Notes under the pieces: model-generated
The model's database searches: none
What the model was told of the DNA's origin: nothing
What the model saw: only the letters and a program-made list of their open reading frames with translations
Source of the DNA: Candidatus Heimdallarchaeota archaeon
GTDB lineage: Archaea; Asgardarchaeota; Heimdallarchaeia; Heimdallarchaeales; Heimdallarchaeaceae
Reading direction: 5' to 3'
Assembly (NCBI GenBank): GCA_030668875.1
Contig: DAOVER010000034.1
Coordinates: 1-30,744, forward strand
DNA: 30,744 bases
Program-made: the position numbers and the translations under genes
Shown here: in pieces, positions 15,384-23,414 of the stretch
Numbering within the stretch: position 1 is the first letter of the stretch
How the letters are laid out: the number at the start of each line of letters is the position of its first letter

Positions 15384-15680
15384 TATCCCATAATTAATAA
15401 TCGAAATGCGTCACTGTGATATTAAAATTTATTGTTAAAATTTACAAGTTAGTTGTTGGTAATTAATCAAGTAATTAATAAAATTAATTCGTAATTAAAA
15501 CATCAACTTTGTGTACTTAAATGAAAATAGACACTGTTCATAAATCAAATGTCTAATTAATTAAAAGAAATATCGCGAAATATACGAGAAGTAGCGTAAA
15601 GTATTTAAGAAAGGCATAAAGTATTTAATACTGTAGTAACATAAAATAATTATCAATAGAACAGATGGAGAATTAGAAAA

Positions 15681-16109
15681 ATGAGCAGTGAAAAGCAGTC
15701 CGTAACAATTGCTAAAATGGTGAAATTAGAGGCTGAAAAGCCGATTGAACTCCCCGAAGAATTTTTATCAGCTCTAAAACCCGATGGCAAGACTTTTGCT
15801 GTCTTGATTTTAGCTCCCAACACTCGAATTATTAGAATAATTCCAACAAGTACAAATGAAGTTGCGAAGATCAACATTAATATTGGGAAACTTTCTCCTG
15901 ATTTCCTTCGTAAAATGGGTTCTATTTTCATTAGACTTGGTATTAAGACACTTTACAGTACTGGTCTTTGTTTCACTCAGAGCGCCTGTGTGTATGAAGG
16001 TTATATTGACTCTGATGAATTGAAGGAAGTCAGTATTGACCAGATCAAAGATGAGCTTGAAAGAATTGAAGGCGTATCAAGTGTCGAGGTAGAAACTCTA
16101 ACAGTATAA
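15681..16109 (+). CDS. Small putative regulator (possible AbrB-like N-terminus plus ACT-like C-terminus)
   Basis: 142 aa; PIELPEEF..AL, then a beta-alpha-beta pattern ending ELERIEGVSSVEV typical of ACT domains. Inference only. Confidence 0.6.
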   Translation: MSSEKQSVTIAKMVKLEAEKPIELPEEFLSALKPDGKTFAVLILAPNTRIIRIIPTSTNEVAKININIGKLSPDFLRKMGSIFIRLGIKTLYSTGLCFTQSACVYEGYIDSDELKEVSIDQIKDELERIEGVSSVEVETLTV

Positions 16110-16123
16110 AGGGGCCAACCTTA

Positions 16124-16840
16124 TTGGTTCAACGGAGTAGGAAAAAAGAAAAAAGACTCAATTTACTCCTTCACCCTTTGCGCCGTGAAATCTACCGTCT
16201 AGTTTGTGAAACCCCAGGGGTTTATTTTTTTGAATTATCTAGCGCATTAACAGCTCCGCATGGAACAGTTAACTGGCATCTTAGAAAACTAGAAGAAGCA
16301 AGTTTGATAAATTCCATGAAATTTGGAGGAAAAAGAGTTTTTTATTCCCGAAATTTGCGCACCCAAGATGTTGAGAAAGCATTTGTGGTTTTAAAGCACA
16401 TAACAGCACGGAAGGTGTTTGCACATATATTAAACTGTGAAAATTGTCACCAAACACAAATTGCCCGGAGCTTGGGTATTCATCATGATACAGTTCGTCA
16501 CCATACTCTACGTATGGAAAAGGCAAATTTGATTGAGAGTTTTAAAGATGGAAGAAAAACTTGCTATAAACTTGGTGAGATTGGGATAAAACTGCAAGAA
16601 GAAAGTTTGAATACAATCTCGAACACTTATATCGCTGCTTTGATGGACGTTCTTGAAGAAAGCTGTCTTCATCCAGAGATAGAAGAAATGAGTACAAGTC
16701 ATTTGACAATAAGAATCGAGTGTCCTGGATCAACGGATGCTACTTTTACAATTTCATTAGACCAATGGTCATTTGATGAAGAGGAATTCGATGTAACACA
16801 ATCTAAGGGTGAAAAAGAGATCGTTCAAGAAGAAACATGA
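16124..16840 (+). CDS. Tandem winged-helix (double ArsR-like HTH) transcriptional regulator
   Basis: HPLRREIYRLV.ETPG.YF.EL...GTVNWHLRKLE and a second ARKVFAHI...HQTQIARSLGIHHDTVRHH..RME. TTG start. Confidence 0.85.
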   Translation: MVQRSRKKEKRLNLLLHPLRREIYRLVCETPGVYFFELSSALTAPHGTVNWHLRKLEEASLINSMKFGGKRVFYSRNLRTQDVEKAFVVLKHITARKVFAHILNCENCHQTQIARSLGIHHDTVRHHTLRMEKANLIESFKDGRKTCYKLGEIGIKLQEESLNTISNTYIAALMDVLEESCLHPEIEEMSTSHLTIRIECPGSTDATFTISLDQWSFDEEEFDVTQSKGEKEIVQEET

Positions 16841-16852
16841 TTTCCTTTTTTT
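16841..16852 (+). terminator. Oligo-T terminator after the wHTH regulator
   Basis: TTTCCTTTTTTT immediately follows the TGA stop. Confidence 0.5.
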
Positions 16853-16895
16853 ATTGTTAATAAGGCGGTTCATTAACCGAAAATAAATTTCTTCA

Positions 16896-16913
16896 AAAAA
16901 ATAGCTTTATAAG
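16896..16913 (+). promoter_or_regulatory. Probable BRE-TATA promoter of the MoxR operon
   Basis: AAAAAATAGC-TTTATAAG about 35-45 nt upstream of ATG 16948; GGAGTG SD at 16936-41. Confidence 0.5.
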
Positions 16914-16947
16914 GGAATTTGGCAATCCATCTTAAGGAGTGTCAAAT

Positions 16948-17967
16948 ATGAGTTCGAAGACTAAAGTATCTTCCACCAGTAAAAGTAAGAAATCAGCTAA
17001 AATCAACATAAATGCTCTTGCAAAGAAAATTCAAGAAATTAAAAAAGATATGAGCAAAGTAGTTGTTGGACAAGAAGAAGTTATAGATGCAATGATTACA
17101 GCACTTATAGCAGATGGGCATGTTCTGCTTGAAGGAGTCCCAGGAATAGCAAAAACATTGATGGTACGAGCATTATCAAAGGCAGTATCTGCAGAGTTCA
17201 AGAGAATACAGTTTACTCCAGATCTTATGCCATCAGATGTTACAGGAGTTATGGCATACAAACCTGAAACTGGAGAGTTTTACTTCAAACAAGGACCAGT
17301 TTTTACTAATTTGTTATTAGCAGACGAAATTAACAGAGCACCACCCAAATCTCAAGCATCAATGCTTGAAAGTATGCAAGAAAAACAAGTTACAATTGAG
17401 AAAAAAACCTACAAACTTCCAGAACCATTTGTTGTATATGCTACACAAAATCCAATAGAGACAGAAGGTACATACCCCCTGCCTGAAGCTCAAATTGATC
17501 GTTTTGCATTCAAGGTTCTAGTAACATATCCAGAAGAGGAGGATGAAGTAGAAATCGTAAATAGATTCACTGGAGAGCAAGATTCTTATGATAAATTGGA
17601 AGAAATCAAGCCAACACTGACCGCAAACCAAGTAATTAATCTCCAAAAACTGATTCGTAAGGATGTTACCATCTCTGATGAATTAGCTAAATATATCGTC
17701 CGTATCGTTAATTTGACTCGTGAGAGTGAGGAGGTATATATGGGTGCAAGTCCAAGGGCGAGTTTATGGATGACAATTGCTGCAAAAGCATCAGCAGCTA
17801 TGGAAGGCAGAACCTATGTTAATCCTTTTGACATACAGAAGATAGCTAAGAATGTTCTTAGACACAGAGTTCTGATTAAGCCTGAATACGAATTTGATGG
17901 AACTACATCTGAAATAATTATTGATCGAATCCTAAAACACACTCCTGCACCTAGTATTCAATCATAG
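16948..17967 (+). CDS. moxR: MoxR family AAA+ ATPase
   Basis: GHVLLEGVPGIAKT (Walker A), RIQFTPDLMPSD, LLADEINRAPPKSQ (Walker B), ATQNPIE.EGTYPLPEAQIDRF, GASPRAS. ATG 16948 preferred over GTG 16939, which lies within the SD. Confidence 0.97.
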   Translation: MSSKTKVSSTSKSKKSAKININALAKKIQEIKKDMSKVVVGQEEVIDAMITALIADGHVLLEGVPGIAKTLMVRALSKAVSAEFKRIQFTPDLMPSDVTGVMAYKPETGEFYFKQGPVFTNLLLADEINRAPPKSQASMLESMQEKQVTIEKKTYKLPEPFVVYATQNPIETEGTYPLPEAQIDRFAFKVLVTYPEEEDEVEIVNRFTGEQDSYDKLEEIKPTLTANQVINLQKLIRKDVTISDELAKYIVRIVNLTRESEEVYMGASPRASLWMTIAAKASAAMEGRTYVNPFDIQKIAKNVLRHRVLIKPEYEFDGTTSEIIIDRILKHTPAPSIQS

Positions 17968-17970
17968 AGT

Positions 17971-20166
17971 TTGAAAATTATGAGACTATCTCGGAAATCC
18001 ATATTCCTATTAGTTATTGTTCTTGAAATATCAGGACTATTAGTGGCAAGTGGGCTTACAATAAACTCAAAGCTGAATGGGTCATCAATGAATGTTCAAG
18101 CTCAAGCTGAAGGTCTAACAGTGGTTATCGAAAGAGATCAGTCATATTTCAAGAATGACACTATGAGAACAAATGCCTACATCTATTGGGCAGAACTTGA
18201 AGGTGGTCGGCTAATTATTTATGGAAACACTACAGATATGTACCAGATAGAATTTTGGGATGGTATCGGCAACCTTACTCTAGGGGCAGATTATTATATT
18301 TTTTCAGATAAGATCGAAATTACTATTCGAACAACAGAGCTGTATTATCAAATTCGAAGCAATTATTATCCCGATTATTTTATTGATACAAATTTCATAG
18401 TTATTTTTGACACATTCTGGGCGCAATTCAGTTATTTGACTCCAGAAGGAGAAGAGAGATATGCACCAATAAATTATCATAATAAACAGTTACTTCCAGA
18501 AGGAGCAGGATTAGTAAGCTATGCCCCAACAGATGGTGCCATAATTGTAAAAGAAGGAAATTCATTTGGAATTGTTTGGGAATATTCTGAAAGAGCTATG
18601 GACCCCTTCCATGACCCATTAACATATGAAATAACATATAGTTTTGATCCAATCTATCTGCAGTTTACAGAACAGATGTACAACAATCAACAGCAGCAAC
18701 AAGAAAAAGAACAGATAGACAATTTGCTAGATTTATTACAAACATACTTCAAACTGATAGCTACTCTCGCTATTGTACTAAGTCTTATAGCTGCCCTTCT
18801 TGGTTATTTAAGAGCAAAAAGAAAATTTCAATCACGATTAAATGAAGCACGAAATATGCCAAAAAAAATGCTGAAAGATATCGAAAAAGAAACTGATCCT
18901 GGTAAAAGGGTTTCTTCAATGTTCAGTGTTCTTTTCTTAGTATTAATTTTATCTTCAGCACTTTCTCATGGAGATAATTTGACAGAAGCTCAAGATGTTT
19001 CTTACTTAGTTAATAATAGACAAGTTACAATAGAAGACTATTCTGAACTAGAAGCTTCTGGCGACAATATATTGTACGATACTTCAATTGATTTAGGAAA
19101 AGATGGTATTGCTTATGAAACAGTGACAATTGATCTCCCATATTCTGTAGACAATTTCAGTATCTGGGTTGATACAACAAAAGTACTTGATTTCAGAGCT
19201 TATAACGAGTTGGGAGCCCCAGTCTCTTATCAAGAATTTACAGATCATTTTCTGATAAGAAATGTTCAAGGATATATCCAATATGAAATTGTGAAACCTT
19301 ATGTTTACTACAATAATAGCAATATTCTAGTATATATTGATTATTTCTGGTTGCTTTTCATAGATGAAGAAGCAGGGGAGGATGATACAGGATACTTGAA
19401 AGCAGACATAGATTTTACCATCGTAGCTCCAGAAGGAGCGATTCTATATAGTGCTTCTCCAGAAGAAATAATGACTCTCTCTCAAACTCCTGAGGGAAGA
19501 AGAAAAATAACATTTTCGGATACAGATAGACAAATCGACCCTTATCATGAACTTTTCTCAACACAAGTAACATTCTCCTATATAGATGTGATAGAAGCAA
19601 TAGAAAACCAATCAGCTAGATTTGAGCATTTTCAAGTCGATATAGAACTGACTCAAGAGCAGATAGTTGAGTTTACTAGAAATCTGATCTTCATAAGTTT
19701 ATTAGGTTTAATTGCCCCGGTACTAGCATTTCTTTTAACATACTTTATTATGAGAAGAAGGATGATGCGGAAGATCAAAGAAGAGGAACAAAAGCATGAG
19801 ATGCTTATATCAGTAGAGGAAATTCAACTGAGGGCGATGAAGGATTCTCTAAAAATAGATCTTTCAAAAGAACCTTGGAAAGCAATGCTTGGAGAATATT
19901 GGGAATTATTGTCCTATCTCAGCAGGTTTACACCCATTAATATGCTTGGTTTAAATGAAGAGATTCATGAAAAGACAGTTCGTAAATATCTTCCTTCAAT
20001 GCTAATATCAGAAACCTTAGAACTATTATCTATAGGGAAAGCCATTTCAGACAATTGGAAGGATGAAGAGCAGATATATTATACAAGACCACAAGCACGA
20101 GATTACCTTGAATCAGTTATGAAATTAATTGAGAAAATGGAAAAATGGAGGAAAGAGAATTCATGA
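17971..20166 (+). CDS. Membrane protein with two tandem paralogous exported domains
   Basis: Signal peptide, domain 1, TM, second signal-like helix, domain 2, TM, helical cytoplasmic tail. Internal repeat PEGA.L.S..P...DP.H. ATG 17980 is an alternative start. Confidence 0.85.
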   Translation: MKIMRLSRKSIFLLVIVLEISGLLVASGLTINSKLNGSSMNVQAQAEGLTVVIERDQSYFKNDTMRTNAYIYWAELEGGRLIIYGNTTDMYQIEFWDGIGNLTLGADYYIFSDKIEITIRTTELYYQIRSNYYPDYFIDTNFIVIFDTFWAQFSYLTPEGEERYAPINYHNKQLLPEGAGLVSYAPTDGAIIVKEGNSFGIVWEYSERAMDPFHDPLTYEITYSFDPIYLQFTEQMYNNQQQQQEKEQIDNLLDLLQTYFKLIATLAIVLSLIAALLGYLRAKRKFQSRLNEARNMPKKMLKDIEKETDPGKRVSSMFSVLFLVLILSSALSHGDNLTEAQDVSYLVNNRQVTIEDYSELEASGDNILYDTSIDLGKDGIAYETVTIDLPYSVDNFSIWVDTTKVLDFRAYNELGAPVSYQEFTDHFLIRNVQGYIQYEIVKPYVYYNNSNILVYIDYFWLLFIDEEAGEDDTGYLKADIDFTIVAPEGAILYSASPEEIMTLSQTPEGRRKITFSDTDRQIDPYHELFSTQVTFSYIDVIEAIENQSARFEHFQVDIELTQEQIVEFTRNLIFISLLGLIAPVLAFLLTYFIMRRRMMRKIKEEEQKHEMLISVEEIQLRAMKDSLKIDLSKEPWKAMLGEYWELLSYLSRFTPINMLGLNEEIHEKTVRKYLPSMLISETLELLSIGKAISDNWKDEEQIYYTRPQARDYLESVMKLIEKMEKWRKENS

Positions 20167-20882
20167 AAAAAGTCAGTAAAATTATAGTTATTATTTTACT
20201 TGTAAATATACTAGCTTTAGCTTTTACAAGTTATATTTCAATAAGTCAAGAGTCAGTATATACATCACCAAAAGATACTATGGAAATAAACGGGGATACA
20301 AATTTCACAGTATATTCAACAGCACCTTTAACCTGGGAATCAAATGGTCAGGAAAATTACACAATTTACTTTAATTCCACTGGAGTACCAGTAGGTGAAA
20401 ATATTACTCTTGTAAGCGTCTCAATTTATTATAATGTTCCTGATAATCCTCACAGAGAATTAGCTCGTGTTGTTACTCCACAAGTTAATCTAACAGGAAT
20501 TAACCAACAATATGAAATTTTAAGCACTCTAAGACCTCCCTCTGATGCAGATGAGTTTAACATAACAATTGAAATCATTGCTAGAAGCACATCTGAACCA
20601 GAAAACCAATTATTTGATGCACAATTTCCAGGCGATGGAATATATATTGATATCCAAAGTGATTTGGTTTTACCTATAATAAATCTCCCAGGATTTCCCG
20701 ATATTGAAACTTTTGCAAGGTGGATCTTCATTTTCGCAGTAGCATTTGTAATAATCTCATTACCATCAATTTTTGTTGCGGTATTCAAAATTCAAGAGTA
20801 TGTAAAAACACGTGAGAAAGGTGGGAAGAAAGAGAAAACCAAAACAAGAAAAAGAAAAAGAAAAGGAGGAAAGAAAAGATGA
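20163..20882 (+). CDS. Single-pass surface protein with basic cytoplasmic tail
   Basis: ATGA overlap with the upstream stop (start 20163). N-terminal signal helix, beta-rich domain with N-x-S/T sequons, TM helix, KKEKTKTRKRKRKGGKKR tail. Confidence 0.85.
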   Translation: MKKVSKIIVIILLVNILALAFTSYISISQESVYTSPKDTMEINGDTNFTVYSTAPLTWESNGQENYTIYFNSTGVPVGENITLVSVSIYYNVPDNPHRELARVVTPQVNLTGINQQYEILSTLRPPSDADEFNITIEIIARSTSEPENQLFDAQFPGDGIYIDIQSDLVLPIINLPGFPDIETFARWIFIFAVAFVIISLPSIFVAVFKIQEYVKTREKGGKKEKTKTRKRKRKGGKKR

Positions 20883-22471
20883 GCTCTAAAGAAACTACCA
20901 CACCGCTTGAAAGATCAATGAAAAAAATGGATGTTTTAATGCGATCTTTTGGAATGCGCACTAGAATCTTCAAGGGAAAAACTCGAGCAGTTGTTAAGGG
21001 AACTAGAAAGGTTTATCCTTACGAGTTAAATGCCACTATCGTTGAAACTGCTAGAGGGGTTGGTATCAGGGTTCAACTAGAAAGAATCGTGTATACTTTT
21101 CTCAAATTAATTCCATTTCTGATAATATTATTATTTTCATTCTTACAATACTTTGTTCCATCTGCTGGACAAGTTATTTCAGATGCCACAGGGGTGAATC
21201 TTTTTCTACTTATATTAGGACCTACCTCTAACCCAATTGGACTCTGGGTCATTCTACCAATAATTAGTATTGTAATAGTTGGTTCCGAGATTCTTGAACG
21301 GATAATAAGAGCAAAATACATACAGAATAGAATGCCTCGTTTCTTAAGTGGTGCAGAATGGATGGTTGCTGAACCTCCTATTGCACTTGATATAGTAAGT
21401 TCATCCAACAATTTAATTTGGTTAATGTATGTGATACTTATTATCATCTTTGCACCTTTATCCTTCCACGAAGAGATCTATGCAAATTTCCTAGAGGTTT
21501 ATCAAGTTGAATCCGCTGCTCTACGAAGCACAACTATGCTTATCTCCATTTTAGATGTGGCTCTTGTATCTGGGATTATGTTTGCTATCCTTTATCAGAA
21601 TTATGAAAAATTTAGAGGAAGTTTAGACAGGCAGCAAATGAGACATGACATTAAAATTGAAGGTCAAACACGACAAATGTTTCAAGTTGTTCTAGGAGCA
21701 ACTTTTCTTGCAACACTTGAATTATCATTATTCTATTTCACCTTCTGGTCTGCAATCACAATTGTGCAGGTTCTAATGTTTTATGGGATAATTGTTGCTT
21801 CAAGCACGATAGGTTGCTGGTTGTATTGGCAAAAGGAGAGTTACAATTTTATTGCAATGGCCATCTGGTTCTTCTTATTAGATGTCATAATGATTTTCCT
21901 CAATGCTAATGATTCTTCCTACTCTTGGATGATTATCTGTCATCTATTTCTCATACTCCTAATTGCTATTCTTTCAATGAACAGGTATTTTGAGCAATAT
22001 TTAGAAAAAAAAGGCGTGTTTGAACCTAGTTGGATTTTCAATCCCTTGCCAATATTTTCTTTCATTGCAGTATTTCTTAAGAAAAAGGCTAGGGGAGCTA
22101 AAGGAGTAGAAAAAGATTTAGATGAAATCTTAGAAGAAGAAATGAAAGACAAAGTGAAGGAAAAAGAACCTTTATTCATCGACATAGGAAAAGTTCGAAT
22201 CAAGGGTAAAGAAGCAGTTAAAATTATTGAATATTATGAAAAGTTAACTTCGAGAATAGTTAAAGGCGAGTTAAATATTCTATCACTCACAGCTCTTGAT
22301 GATCAAATTAAAGAGATTGTTAGATCTGATAAAAATCTAAGAAAAGAGGCTGATTTGTTTTTTGCAACTGTTGATAGTCTCCTATGGAACGATGATTATA
22401 AACTCAAAGATGGTGAAAAAGTTCTCAAAATTGGAGAGAAACTGTATAATGAAATAATTAAAACTAGGTGA
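20879..22471 (+). CDS. Polytopic membrane protein (about 9-10 TM) with C-terminal helical domain
   Basis: ATGA overlap with AGGAGG SD; many hydrophobic segments; charged helical C-terminus. Confidence 0.85.
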   Translation: MSSKETTTPLERSMKKMDVLMRSFGMRTRIFKGKTRAVVKGTRKVYPYELNATIVETARGVGIRVQLERIVYTFLKLIPFLIILLFSFLQYFVPSAGQVISDATGVNLFLLILGPTSNPIGLWVILPIISIVIVGSEILERIIRAKYIQNRMPRFLSGAEWMVAEPPIALDIVSSSNNLIWLMYVILIIIFAPLSFHEEIYANFLEVYQVESAALRSTTMLISILDVALVSGIMFAILYQNYEKFRGSLDRQQMRHDIKIEGQTRQMFQVVLGATFLATLELSLFYFTFWSAITIVQVLMFYGIIVASSTIGCWLYWQKESYNFIAMAIWFFLLDVIMIFLNANDSSYSWMIICHLFLILLIAILSMNRYFEQYLEKKGVFEPSWIFNPLPIFSFIAVFLKKKARGAKGVEKDLDEILEEEMKDKVKEKEPLFIDIGKVRIKGKEAVKIIEYYEKLTSRIVKGELNILSLTALDDQIKEIVRSDKNLRKEADLFFATVDSLLWNDDYKLKDGEKVLKIGEKLYNEIIKTR

Positions 22472-22475
22472 GAAC

Positions 22476-23414
22476 TTGACTGTAGCTGATGAAAAAAAGA
22501 CTGTTCGAGAAGAAAAGGATAAAGTAAAAATACCTCTCAAAAAGATTAAGAAATTAGAAATCTTAGCGAAAGAGAGGTCCACAAGTTTTCTTCAAGGACA
22601 TCGCAGATCCATTTTCAGGGGCCCAGGAACCGAGTATGCTGATCTAAGAGAGTATACCGAGGGAGACGACCTGAGGTTCATTGATTGGAATGCATCATCA
22701 CGTGTTCCGTTCAAATTGATTGTGAGAGATTACGAACAAGAGAGAAATACTAACATAATCATGATGATGGATACTAGTCATTCCATGTTACTTGGAGAAC
22801 CAATTCCAAGAATAAAGATGGCTGTTGAATCCATCGCTACACTTGCTTATACAGTAATGAACAACAGAGATAAGTTTGGATGGGCATCTTTTTCTGATAA
22901 AATACACAACTATATTCCACCAAGAGGGGGAAAAACTCATCTCTATCATATTTTTAATGAAATGCTGAAAATAGCTCCTGTTGGAACAACTACTATTGGA
23001 GAGACTGTCAGAGAGATTGCACTTTCACAGAAAAGGAGATCTATCATAATTATCTTAACTGATTTGCATGGAGATTTAGAAGGGGCATTAGACGGCTTCA
23101 AAGTTGCTAGAGCTAAAAGACATGAGTTAAAGCTTATACATATTCATGATCCAGAGGAATTCTTATTCCCAAAACAACCTAGACAGATTAAATTCCAAGA
23201 CCCAGATACTGAGGAGATACAAGTTATGAACTTCAGTAATCTTCTAGAACGAGGCAAATTTATGTTTGAACTTGGTTTGCAAATTAAAAGGATTAATGAC
23301 TTTAAACGAAGTATAAGAGGACTCAATATTGATGTTATAGATGCGCCTACAACAATCTTAACAGAAAAATTGTTGCTAGCTTATTTCGGAACTAAAAGAA
23401 GGAGCAGTATGTAA
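22476..23414 (+). CDS. DUF58 family vWA-domain protein (MoxR partner)
   Basis: GPGTEYADLREYTEGDDLRFIDWNASSR, MMMDTSHSM (MIDAS DxSxS), IIILTDL. TTG start with GGTGA SD. Confidence 0.95.
   Translation: MTVADEKKTVREEKDKVKIPLKKIKKLEILAKERSTSFLQGHRRSIFRGPGTEYADLREYTEGDDLRFIDWNASSRVPFKLIVRDYEQERNTNIIMMMDTSHSMLLGEPIPRIKMAVESIATLAYTVMNNRDKFGWASFSDKIHNYIPPRGGKTHLYHIFNEMLKIAPVGTTTIGETVREIALSQKRRSIIIILTDLHGDLEGALDGFKVARAKRHELKLIHIHDPEEFLFPKQPRQIKFQDPDTEEIQVMNFSNLLERGKFMFELGLQIKRINDFKRSIRGLNIDVIDAPTTILTEKLLLAYFGTKRRSSM

Noticed and set aside
15384-15680. AT-rich spacer as a replication origin
   Set aside because: No ORB-like elements and no cdc6/orc1 gene in the window.
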